Shown here one piece after another: positions 20,413-28,451 of a DNA stretch of 64,000 nucleotides; within the stretch, counting starts at the first letter, position 1, and every line of letters begins with the position of its first letter. The translations under genes were made by a program, and so were the position numbers. The notes beneath the pieces are model-generated. The model was given only the letters and a program-made list of their open reading frames with translations. It was not told where the DNA came from and made no database searches. Source of the DNA: an uncultured Bacilli bacterium. Its GTDB lineage: Bacteria > Bacillota_I > Bacilli_A > RF39 > UBA660. Location: the NCBI GenBank assembly GCA_947626095.1, contig CANQQV010000006.1, forward strand, positions 1,756 to 65,755, in the 5' to 3' direction.

Positions 20413-20441
20413 ATGATATCATAGGTCTTCTTAAATATCAA
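20413..20441 (-). promoter_or_regulatory. putative promoter of the peptidase operon
   Basis: Minus strand reads TTGATA, 17 nt, TATCAT. Confidence 0.45.
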
Positions 20442-20461
20442 TTATTAAGTGAAATTATTGG

Positions 20462-20490
20462 TTGACTTAAGTATTAAAAAATACTATAAT
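20462..20490 (+). promoter_or_regulatory. near-consensus sigma-A promoter with no downstream ORF
   Basis: TTGACT (20462-20467), 17 nt, TATAAT (20485-20490). Confidence 0.65.
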
Positions 20491-20496
20491 GATTAT

Positions 20497-21424
20497 AGTA
20501 AGGAGGTATATAGAAGATAACATTTCTAATATCTTAGTATATTTTAGGGCATAAGCTTGAAAAATAGCGAAAATATAAAGAAATTTATATTTCATTTTGT
20601 GAAAAAATATATTTTTTAACGATATTAAAGAATAGTCTTATGACTATTATGGTTCTTATGAACCCCTCAACTTTAACATGTGCGATTAATGCATTTGTAT
20701 ATTAGTAATAGATTACTAAGCCAAGAAGTTGATTTTCCAGCATATTTATATATGACTGAAGAGAATAATTTATAATTATTCTATTATCTTCTATTAATCG
20801 TTAAATGGTAATTTTGTTCATCCCCATTTAATCATTATCTGAAAAGAGTACTGAATACCGTTATATTCTACTAATAGTTAGCATTTTCTATTTTTCCAAT
20901 ATGGATAGTAGTTATATAATGAAAATGATGAATAGCTTTCGTACTAGCTTAGGTTTTATTTTGATAATAAAATCGCAAGTATGTTATGCATTTTGATTTT
21001 TGTTTAGTAATTAACAGTTATCTTATATGAATTTAGCTTTATCAAAAGTAAAGCTTTTGGGATTATAAGGTAATATGGAAATTATTTGAACATGATGAAA
21101 GCGTTTGAAAATGATGGATCTTAAACTTGTCTTGCAAGGGAATCAAGTAATCCAACCGTTGAGTATAGGTTGGGAGGGTAGCTCCCAAACAACTTATACA
21201 ATATACTATATCGTGTGAGCTCATATAAATATAATTTAGCGATGAATTGGAGAATCCTTATACGAAAGTATAGTTTAAACGTGAATGTAAAATTTACTTG
21301 AAATATCTGAATAAAAACAGATATTTATGATACTATCAAAATAGAATGTTACATTACACTATACGGAGGTTCATTTAAAACGGACAAATGCAAATGTAGG
21401 AACGATTAATGTTCCTATTTTTTT
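20497..21424 (+). ncRNA. candidate large non-coding RNA (unassigned family)
   Basis: Runs from a promoter to the first same-strand terminator. No ORF of 60 codons or more in any frame. GC-rich hairpin islands and a GNRA-capped stem lie in an AT-rich background. Confidence 0.4.
21397..21424 (+). terminator. intrinsic terminator
   Basis: TAGGAAC-GATTAAT-GTTCCTA hairpin followed by T7. Confidence 0.75.
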
Positions 21425-21446
21425 GTGATTAATTTTATAGTAGCTA

Positions 21447-21475
21447 TTGAATTAATGACAAAAAAATTATAAAAT
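21447..21475 (+). promoter_or_regulatory. putative promoter of the FIST-domain gene
   Basis: TTGAAT, 17 nt, TAAAAT. Confidence 0.4.
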
Positions 21476-21526
21476 TATAATGTATAATAAGATATTCTTG
21501 AATAAAAGAATAAAGGGGATGTTAAT

Positions 21527-22684
21527 GTGAAAGCAGTTGTTGGTTCAACTATTCAATCTAGCAGTTATGATGCAGGAATAGAATTAGCTAAAAATGCAAC
21601 TAAAGGACTTAGATTACCAAAGATAGGATTTTTATTTGGTTCAACTAAATATACCCAAGCTGAGTTACTTAGAGGGGTTAAATCTTTTAATCCTGATATA
21701 AAAGTTATTGGTTGTACTTCAAATGAAGCAATTATGACACCAGATGGAATTATTTGGAATGAAGATGGTTTTGCAGGAATGTTATCTTTAGAAGATAATG
21801 AACTTACTGTTGGGGTCGCTTTAACAGAACGTGGAACTGATGCAAGAGTAGCAGGTAGAAGAGTAGCGAAAGAAGCAATGGCAAATGCAGAGAAAAAATA
21901 TCCACCTTTAGCATTTGCTTTATTTACAACACCTGGTAGTGAAGAAGAATATATTAAGGGTATTCAAGATGTATTAGGAGAAATACCAATGTTTGGTGGA
22001 TCAGCTGCCGCTGAAAATAGTAGTCTTAATTGGAGTGTTATTTGTGAAAATAAGTCGACTAATGATGGATGTGCCATTGCTATTTTCTATACAACAAAAA
22101 AAGTTAAGAATGTCTTTGTAAATAATTATGAAAAAACAAAAAATATGGGTATTATTACTAAAATGGATGGACCAAGAAAAATTGTAGAAATAGATAATTC
22201 TTTAGCATTAAAGAAATATGCTGAATGGAATGATATCGAAGCTGAAGATATAATGGATGATAAGCTAGCTTATGCAGCTATTTCTGTACCATTAGGAGTA
22301 AGTACAACAAAAGGTGAGACTGTATTAAGTCATCAATTACTTAAAGGTAATCATGATTATTCGTTAGAAATTGGTTCAAATGCTAGTGTTGATACAGCAG
22401 TCATGCAACTTAAGATAACTGAGGATGGAATGATTGAAGGACTTGTTAAAGGAATTAATCAACTTAAAAATGAATTTAAAGCAACAGCAATAGTTTTATT
22501 GCATAGTAGTGGTCGTAAAAAATATTTAGATGAAAGAATAGATGAAGATTTTGTAGCATTGAAAAATGCGATTGGGGATATTCCTTTTATTGTTACATTT
22601 ACTAATAGTGAGTTTGGAACGGTAGATCATTCTGGAGCTTTGGTAGCTAATTTATCATTATCTATTACTGGGTTCTCTGAATAG
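21527..22684 (+). CDS. FIST-domain (FIST_N/FIST_C) sensory protein
   Basis: GTG start 7 nt after AAGGGGA. GCTSNEAI and FGGSAA segments resemble FIST N/C domains (recollection). Confidence 0.55.
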   Translation: MKAVVGSTIQSSSYDAGIELAKNATKGLRLPKIGFLFGSTKYTQAELLRGVKSFNPDIKVIGCTSNEAIMTPDGIIWNEDGFAGMLSLEDNELTVGVALTERGTDARVAGRRVAKEAMANAEKKYPPLAFALFTTPGSEEEYIKGIQDVLGEIPMFGGSAAAENSSLNWSVICENKSTNDGCAIAIFYTTKKVKNVFVNNYEKTKNMGIITKMDGPRKIVEIDNSLALKKYAEWNDIEAEDIMDDKLAYAAISVPLGVSTTKGETVLSHQLLKGNHDYSLEIGSNASVDTAVMQLKITEDGMIEGLVKGINQLKNEFKATAIVLLHSSGRKKYLDERIDEDFVALKNAIGDIPFIVTFTNSEFGTVDHSGALVANLSLSITGFSE

Positions 22685-22732
22685 TTATAAAAGAATATAT
22701 TTTCTATAATTATATTATATATTAATGGTCAT

Positions 22733-22761
22733 AAAAAAAGCTTGACTATTGAGCTTTTTTT
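22733..22761 (+). terminator. intrinsic terminator after the FIST gene
   Basis: AAAGCT(T)-loop-(G)AGCTTT hairpin followed by a T-run. Confidence 0.6.
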
Positions 22762-22882
22762 AGTTGGAAAAAATTTTAAAAAAACGCAAAAATTAAAAAA
22801 TGTAAATTTTATGAAAATCGATTTTTTGAAAAAAAAGTAAAATATTGTAAATCGAACACAAAAAAATCAAAAAATGCTTTGA

Positions 22883-22905
22883 AGTCCCTATTTTAGGGAC
22901 TTTTT
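22883..22905 (+). terminator. terminator-like hairpin inside the nrdD upstream region
   Basis: AGTCCCTA-TTT-TAGGGACT 8-bp stem followed by TTTT. Confidence 0.5.
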
Positions 22906-22920
22906 CTTATAACAATATTC

Positions 22921-22933
22921 TTGATAATATCAA
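22921..22933. promoter_or_regulatory. 13-bp palindrome, possible operator upstream of nrdD
   Basis: TTGATA-A-TATCAA. Resembles a CRP/FNR half-site pair but with non-canonical spacing. Confidence 0.25.
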
Positions 22934-23092
22934 AAATAAAAAAACAAAAATCCCTAAAAAACGGAAAAAATTAAAAAAATTAAAAAATGCAAAAAGGCAA
23001 TTTTTGAAATTTTTTGCAAAAATAAAACTTTTCTTTTTTATATATGTTTTATATAATGAAATTAGGAAAAGGTAGAAGGAGAGTTTTTAAAT

Positions 23093-25408
23093 ATGGCAAA
23101 GAAAGAAGAAGATCTTTTTGCTACTCTACAAGTAGTAAAAAGAAATGGTAAAAAAGTAGAATTTAATCCAACAAAAATTGCTATAGCAATCAAAAAGGGT
23201 TTTGATGATGTAATCGAAAAATCAATTGATGAAACTGGAGTAGCAAAATACTCTGAAAAAGATATGCAAAAAGTATTTCATGATGTTTTAGATCGAATTG
23301 AAAAAGATTATGCTGATAAAGATAAAATTAAAATTGAAGAAATTCAAGATTTGATTGAATCATCATTAAAGAGTAAAAAATATACAGATGTATATGAAAG
23401 CTTTTCTAGTTATAGAGAAAGAAGAGCACAATCAAGAGAAGCTTTTACAGAAGATAAAAGATCTCATAAATTTTTAAAAACGTTAGAAGGACTTGCTTTA
23501 AAGAGTGCTTCAGAAGATGATACAAAAAGAGAAAATGGTAATATTGATGGTAACTCAGCAATGGGTACAATGTTACAATTTGGTTCTAATGTATCTAAGG
23601 AATTTTCTAAAACATATTTAATGAAGAAAAAATTTGCTGATGCTCATGATGAAGGTGATATCCATATTCATGATATGGATTTTGAAGCAATGGGTACAAC
23701 AACTTGTTTACAAATAGATTTAGATAAACTATTTAAAGGTGGTTTCTCAACTGGTCATGGTTATTTAAGAGAACCAAATGATATTATGAGTTATTCAGCA
23801 TTAGCTGCTATAGCTATTCAATCTAATCAAAATGATCAACATGGTGGTCAAAGTATTCCATTATTTGATTATTATTTAGCACCAGGTGTTGTTAAAACAT
23901 TTAGAAAACAACTTAAAATGACAATTCAAGATTTCTTAGATTATTCAGATTTTGCTAGTTTTGTTAATATGAAAACAGTTGAAGATGTTATTAATAAATT
24001 AACAACTATTGAAACACCTGTTGAAACTTTTGAAAAATTTTATAAAGAAAATGAGTCATTGAAAAGATTATTTACAATGGCATTAGATAAAGCAGTTAAA
24101 AAGACTGATCGTATAACATACCAAGCAATGGAAGCATTTATTCATAACTTAAATACAATGCATTCAAGAGCTGGAGCACAAGTTCCATTTAGTTCAGTTA
24201 ACTTTGGTACTGATACTTCACCAGAAGGTCGTATGGTAATGAAAAATTACTTAATGGCTGTTGATGCTGGTTTAGGACATAGTGAAACACCAATATTCCC
24301 TATATCAATATTTAAAGTTAAAGATGGAATAAATTATAATCCTGGTGAACCAAACTATGATTTATTTAAATTATCTTGTAAGGTATCTGCTAAAAGATTA
24401 TTCCCTAACTTTGAATTTATAGATGCACCATATAATTTACAATATTATGTTCCAGGTAGACCTGAAACAGAAGTTGCAACAATGGGTTGTCGTACAAGAG
24501 TTATGGGTAATGTTGTTGATCCTGATAAACAAATTACACCAGGTCGTGGAAACTTATCTTTTACAACAATTAACTTAGTTAGATTAGGTATTAAACATGG
24601 TATTGTTGGTCCTAATGCTAAAGATAAAGCTGATATGAAAGGTTTCTATGAAGAGTTAGATGAAAAGATTGAATTATGTAAAGACCAATTACTTGAAAGA
24701 TTTGAAATTCAATGTAATAAGAGAGTATATAATTTCCCATTCTTAATGGGTCAAGGCAACTGGATGGATTCAGAAAAACTTAAACCTAATGATAAGTTAA
24801 AGAAAGTATTAAAACATGGTACTTTATCAGTTGGATTTATCGGTTTAGCTGAATGCTTAGTAGCTTTAATAGGAGAACATCATGGTGAATCAGAAAAAGC
24901 CCAAAAGTTAGGTCTTGAAATTATTGGCCATATGAGAAAGAAACTTGATGAATATAGTCAACAATATAAACTTAACTTTACTTGTTTAGCTACGCCTGCT
25001 GAAGGATTAAGTGGAAGATTTACTAAAATAGATAGAGCAATATATGGAAAGATTAAAGGTGTAACTGATCGTGAGTATTATACTAATTCATTCCATGTAC
25101 CAGTTTATTATAATATAACAATATCTAAAAAAATTAAAATTGAAGCTCCATATCATGCATTAACTAATGCTGGTCATATTAGTTATATTGAGTTAGATGG
25201 AGATGTAACAGAGAATGTTGAAGCATTTGAATCTGTTATAAGAATGATGAAAGAAGCTGGAATGGGTTATGGAGCAATTAACCATCCAGTAGATAGAGAT
25301 CCAGTTTGTGGATATGTTGGAGTTATTAAGGACGTATGTCCAGGTTGTGGACGTCGTGAGGGAGATCCAATTCCAGCAGAATTATTAAAGAATTTAAATA
25401 ATAAATAA
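23093..25408 (+). CDS. nrdD: anaerobic ribonucleoside-triphosphate reductase, large body lacking the glycyl-radical segment
   Basis: N-terminal ATP-cone (VVKRNGKKVEF), class III RNR core, C-terminal Cys cluster (VCGY...CPGCG). A stop occurs before any RxxGY motif. Confidence 0.9.
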   Translation: MAKKEEDLFATLQVVKRNGKKVEFNPTKIAIAIKKGFDDVIEKSIDETGVAKYSEKDMQKVFHDVLDRIEKDYADKDKIKIEEIQDLIESSLKSKKYTDVYESFSSYRERRAQSREAFTEDKRSHKFLKTLEGLALKSASEDDTKRENGNIDGNSAMGTMLQFGSNVSKEFSKTYLMKKKFADAHDEGDIHIHDMDFEAMGTTTCLQIDLDKLFKGGFSTGHGYLREPNDIMSYSALAAIAIQSNQNDQHGGQSIPLFDYYLAPGVVKTFRKQLKMTIQDFLDYSDFASFVNMKTVEDVINKLTTIETPVETFEKFYKENESLKRLFTMALDKAVKKTDRITYQAMEAFIHNLNTMHSRAGAQVPFSSVNFGTDTSPEGRMVMKNYLMAVDAGLGHSETPIFPISIFKVKDGINYNPGEPNYDLFKLSCKVSAKRLFPNFEFIDAPYNLQYYVPGRPETEVATMGCRTRVMGNVVDPDKQITPGRGNLSFTTINLVRLGIKHGIVGPNAKDKADMKGFYEELDEKIELCKDQLLERFEIQCNKRVYNFPFLMGQGNWMDSEKLKPNDKLKKVLKHGTLSVGFIGLAECLVALIGEHHGESEKAQKLGLEIIGHMRKKLDEYSQQYKLNFTCLATPAEGLSGRFTKIDRAIYGKIKGVTDREYYTNSFHVPVYYNITISKKIKIEAPYHALTNAGHISYIELDGDVTENVEAFESVIRMMKEAGMGYGAINHPVDRDPVCGYVGVIKDVCPGCGRREGDPIPAELLKNLNNK

Positions 25409-25431
25409 ATAGAAGGAAAGAGGTAAAAGGT

Positions 25432-25617
25432 ATGAAAACAGAAAAAGTAGAAAAGGTTGCTGAAACTAAAGTTGAAAGCAAAAAAATGGTAGGTGAAGGA
25501 GTAGGATTCGAAAGAATCAGAAGAATCACTGGCTATTTAGTAGGTACTGTTGAAAGATTCAACGATGGTAAAAGAGCCGAAGAACGCGATAGAGTAAAAC
25601 ACACATTTGATAAGTAA
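25432..25617 (+). CDS. stand-alone glycyl-radical segment of NrdD (61 aa)
   Basis: FERIRRITGYLVG...RVKH is the canonical NrdD C-terminal glycyl-radical motif. Own ATG 8 nt after GAAAGAGG. Different frame from nrdD. Confidence 0.75.
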   Translation: MKTEKVEKVAETKVESKKMVGEGVGFERIRRITGYLVGTVERFNDGKRAEERDRVKHTFDK

Positions 25618-25621
25618 TAAG

Positions 25622-25646
25622 AGTGGACATTGTCCACTTTTATTTT
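25622..25646 (+). terminator. intrinsic terminator after the nrdD pair
   Basis: AGTGGAC-ATT-GTCCACT hairpin followed by a T-rich run. Confidence 0.75.
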
Positions 25647-25693
25647 GGAATAAAATAATCTTATGTTATAATGAGAACGATTGAAGGTGACTT

Positions 25694-26326
25694 ATGAAAA
25701 AGTTAGATATAATCTATGAAGATAAAGAATTATTAGTAGTTAATAAAGAAGCGCATAAATTAACAATTGCGACTGAAAAAAGAGAAAGTAATACATTATA
25801 TAATGAAGCTAGTAGTTATGTTAAAAAGCAATATCCGAAAAATAAAATATTTATAGTACATAGATTAGATAAAGACACTTCAGGAATAGTAATATTGGCT
25901 AAGAATCAAGATAAAAAGTTAGAATTACAAAATAATTGGGAGAAAGTAAAGAGAGAGTATATAGCAATAGTAGAGGGTAAATTAGAAAAGAAAAAAGATA
26001 TTTTAAAAGATTATTTAGGCGAAGATAAAACGTTAAGAGTTTATATAACGAAAGATAAAAATAAAGGTAAATTAGCAATTACAGAGTATGAAGTAATAAA
26101 AGAGAATAGTAAATATTCTTTACTTAAAATAAAGATAAGAACAGGAAGACGTAATCAAATAAGAGTACAACTTGCTAATATAGGACATCCAATTGTAGGG
26201 GATAAGAAGTATGGTAGTAAAGATAATATATTAGGAAGATTAGCATTACATGCTAATTTAGTAGAATATAAAGATTATTGTTTTATGGCTAAGGATCCAA
26301 AAGAATTTAAAAAATTAATAGATTAA
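25694..26326 (+). CDS. RluA-family pseudouridine synthase (no S4 domain)
   Basis: HRLDKDTSG catalytic motif and GRRNQIR motif. Confidence 0.85.
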   Translation: MKKLDIIYEDKELLVVNKEAHKLTIATEKRESNTLYNEASSYVKKQYPKNKIFIVHRLDKDTSGIVILAKNQDKKLELQNNWEKVKREYIAIVEGKLEKKKDILKDYLGEDKTLRVYITKDKNKGKLAITEYEVIKENSKYSLLKIKIRTGRRNQIRVQLANIGHPIVGDKKYGSKDNILGRLALHANLVEYKDYCFMAKDPKEFKKLID

Positions 26327-26378
26327 TATTATTTAATAGTTAGTTTATGATATAATTATCTAAGAATAGGTGATAAGA

Positions 26379-27257
26379 ATGTCAGGATTAGCTAATTTTT
26401 TATTTGGTAATATATTTCTTATAATATTAGTTGGAATTATTATTTATACTATTCGTCAATATAATGATTTGAAACAGAGAATGGCAATTATTGATGATAT
26501 TTTTAATAAGACTTTAGATGCTTATTTAAAGAAGAAAATAAATGAAGCTAAAGATGTGGCTGATAAGATAATGAAAGAGCATGGAGAAGATGAAATAGTA
26601 GCAGCAGAGATTAATCGTTTGTTATATCAAATAGCAAATTTTGAAAAGGGAACAATAAATGATAAGGTAGCGACAAGTAATTCAATTAATAAGTTTAAGG
26701 TAAGTAAGAAAATAGATCGTGAAAAATACCCTTATTTAACGGTTTTAGATGATTTAGGTACATTTACTGAGGAAGATATGAATTCGCTTGAAAATGGGGT
26801 TGCAATTGCCCGAAAAGAGTATAATACACAAGCTTTTAGATATAATGAGAAAGCTCAAGAAGTACCTATTCAATATTTAACGAAATATTTAAAGTTAGTT
26901 TCACAATATTTGATTTTTGATGCTCCAACTTATGAAAAATATGAAGATGATTATGAAGTATTTGAAGAGAAAGAACCAGAAATTCATTCTTTATCTGTTT
27001 TAAATAGAAGTACAGAAGTAGAAGAGAAGGCGGAAGTACTTAAGTTAGCAGAGGATGAACAGAAGGGACCTGAAATAACGGTTATTGAACATAGTGATGT
27101 TATTTTGAAGCCAACGAGAAAGATTCATCAAGATATTTTAGCAACAGATGTAGTGGATGAAACGAAAAAAGATAAAGAAGAGAAAAGCGAAGATAAAGAT
27201 AGTAAAGATAATAAAGATAATAAAGATAGTAAGAAAGATACAGAAAAAAAGAATTAG
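26379..27257 (+). CDS. LemA-like membrane protein with long acidic/K-rich C-terminal extension
   Basis: N-terminal TM then YNDLKQR..., later ARKEYNTQAFRYNEKAQEVPIQ resembling the LemA signature. ATG at 26379 after AGGTGA. Confidence 0.55.
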   Translation: MSGLANFLFGNIFLIILVGIIIYTIRQYNDLKQRMAIIDDIFNKTLDAYLKKKINEAKDVADKIMKEHGEDEIVAAEINRLLYQIANFEKGTINDKVATSNSINKFKVSKKIDREKYPYLTVLDDLGTFTEEDMNSLENGVAIARKEYNTQAFRYNEKAQEVPIQYLTKYLKLVSQYLIFDAPTYEKYEDDYEVFEEKEPEIHSLSVLNRSTEVEEKAEVLKLAEDEQKGPEITVIEHSDVILKPTRKIHQDILATDVVDETKKDKEEKSEDKDSKDNKDNKDSKKDTEKKN

Positions 27258-27263
27258 ATATTA

Positions 27264-27593
27264 TTATTTATCTAATTCTTTTAATTTGTCATATTGTTTA
27301 TATAAGTATTGAACGTGATTTTCAAGATAAAAATAGTGATAGATATATAAGACAAGGAAAACAGTTAAAATCATAGCTATAGGTAAGAAAATTAAACTAA
27401 GAGCCATCATTCCTAAGAATAATAAAGTAACTACAGCATAAAATAAAGTTACATATAAATGAATTTGTCTTTCGTGTTGGAAGAAACCTATTTTAATTAA
27501 ATGATTATCAATTACTTCTTTTAAATTATTATGCTTTTTTTCAGCTATATAGTTATCAATACTTAACATATATTCATGTATATATTCTCTCAT
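27264..27593 (-). CDS. hypothetical small membrane protein
   Basis: 109-aa ORF with two hydrophobic helices. Confidence 0.5.
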   Translation of the reverse strand: MREYIHEYMLSIDNYIAEKKHNNLKEVIDNHLIKIGFFQHERQIHLYVTLFYAVVTLLFLGMMALSLIFLPIAMILTVFLVLYIYHYFYLENHVQYLYKQYDKLKELDK

Positions 27594-27628
27594 AGATTAT
27601 CACCAATTTAATTATATCATTTAGCCAG

Positions 27629-27655
27629 AAAAAAACAAACTCTTATGAGTTTGTT
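27629..27655 (-). terminator. terminator downstream of tRNA-Asn
   Basis: Minus strand: AACAAACTC-ATAA-GAGTTTGTT hairpin followed by T7. Confidence 0.75.
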
Positions 27656-27665
27656 AATTTTAAAA

Positions 27666-27741
27666 TGGCGCCTGATGTAGGACTCGAACCTACGACCTAA
27701 CGGTTAACAGCCGTGCGCTCTACCGACTGAGCTAATCAGGC
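27666..27741 (-). tRNA. tRNA-Asn (anticodon GTT), CCA encoded
   Basis: Rev-comp GCCTGATTAGCTCAGTCGGTAGAGC...CTGTTAA...GGTTCGAGTCC...GGCGCCA folds as a cloverleaf. 76 nt. Confidence 0.95.
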
Positions 27742-27752
27742 ATTGCTCTTTA

Positions 27753-27780
27753 ATTATAACATTCTTGAAAATAATGTCAA
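27753..27780 (-). promoter_or_regulatory. promoter of tRNA-Asn
   Basis: Minus strand reads TTGACA, 16 nt, TATAAT, ending about 12 nt before the tRNA 5' end. Confidence 0.5.
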
Positions 27781-27818
27781 TAAAAAATTAAAGGTTTTTT
27801 AAAGAACATTTTTAATTT

Positions 27819-28355
27819 TTACGTTTGGATATCAATACTTTTAACTTTGTTCTCACCATTTTTAATAGAAATATTAGCAATTAAAGTTATAACTAGATAT
27901 TCGTTAGTACTTAGTTTTTCATTTTTAGGAGTAGGTAGAGTAGCATTTAAATTATTTATTTTAAGATCAAAAGAATAAGAATAGTAAGTATCAGTTATTT
28001 TCTTTAAATAGTTAGTATTAATTATTTCGTAATTATTCCATGTTTTAATCATATCTTTAGATATTGTTTGGTCAGTAATTATTTCATCATTAATAGAATA
28101 TAAGTAGTTGTTAATAATTTCTTTTTCATTTAAATCATTTAAGATAGATGGCTTTTCAGCTACTAGTGCTGGTTGTTCTTCTTCGCCTTTTATTTCTTTA
28201 AAAGCATTTTTAATTTCTTTAGTAAGACCATTGTATTCACTTAATGAGGCACAATATGATTTGGCACCAAAAACAAGAATAGTTGATGCTCCTAGAAGAC
28301 AGCTATAAATAATTAGATCGAATTTTATATTTCTTCTTAATCTCATATTATTCAC
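27819..28355 (-). CDS. hypothetical exported/membrane-anchored protein
   Basis: 178-aa ORF with an N-terminal hydrophobic segment. Confidence 0.5.
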   Translation of the reverse strand: MNNMRLRRNIKFDLIIYSCLLGASTILVFGAKSYCASLSEYNGLTKEIKNAFKEIKGEEEQPALVAEKPSILNDLNEKEIINNYLYSINDEIITDQTISKDMIKTWNNYEIINTNYLKKITDTYYSYSFDLKINNLNATLPTPKNEKLSTNEYLVITLIANISIKNGENKVKSIDIQT

Positions 28356-28451
28356 CTTATATTATTATACTATAAAATATAATAATTTAAAATAAGGTCG
28401 TTTATTTACTAAGAATAGTTATTCATGGTATAATGGTAAAGGTGATTATAT

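Noticed and set aside
20640-20998. Small ATG ORFs inside the 1.1-kb gap, considered as hidden peptides or toxins. Examples are 20640-20702 (20 codons) and 20901-20996 (31 codons).
   Set aside because: None has a Shine-Dalgarno sequence, and this many short ORFs is expected by chance. I kept only the ncRNA hypothesis. Ribosome profiling could revive the peptide idea.
22762-23092. NrdR boxes upstream of nrdD.
   Set aside because: I could not find a 16-bp ACACxATATATxGTGT-like palindrome or a tandem pair of them. Only A-tracts, one hairpin and a TTGATA-A-TATCAA palindrome are present.
25326-25529. 67-codon minus-strand ORF spanning the nrdD / glycyl-radical junction.
   Set aside because: It is antisense to two motif-supported coding segments, has no SD, and gives a nonsense-like translation.
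26990-27257. K/E/D-rich C-terminal tails as a shared functional repeat. They occur on LemA-like 26379-27257, and on 6701-7594, 10299-12842 and 42845-43663.
   Set aside because: They have different sequences and no shared periodicity. They are most simply low-complexity charged tails favoured by the AAA/GAA-rich codon composition.
28108-28308. Short ORFs antisense to annotated genes: 28108-28308, 30182-30511, 32056-32286, 35227-35595, 37954-38151, 40156-40344 and 59542-59733.
   Set aside because: All are embedded in longer ORFs with recognisable motifs or operon context on the other strand. None has a ribosome-binding site.
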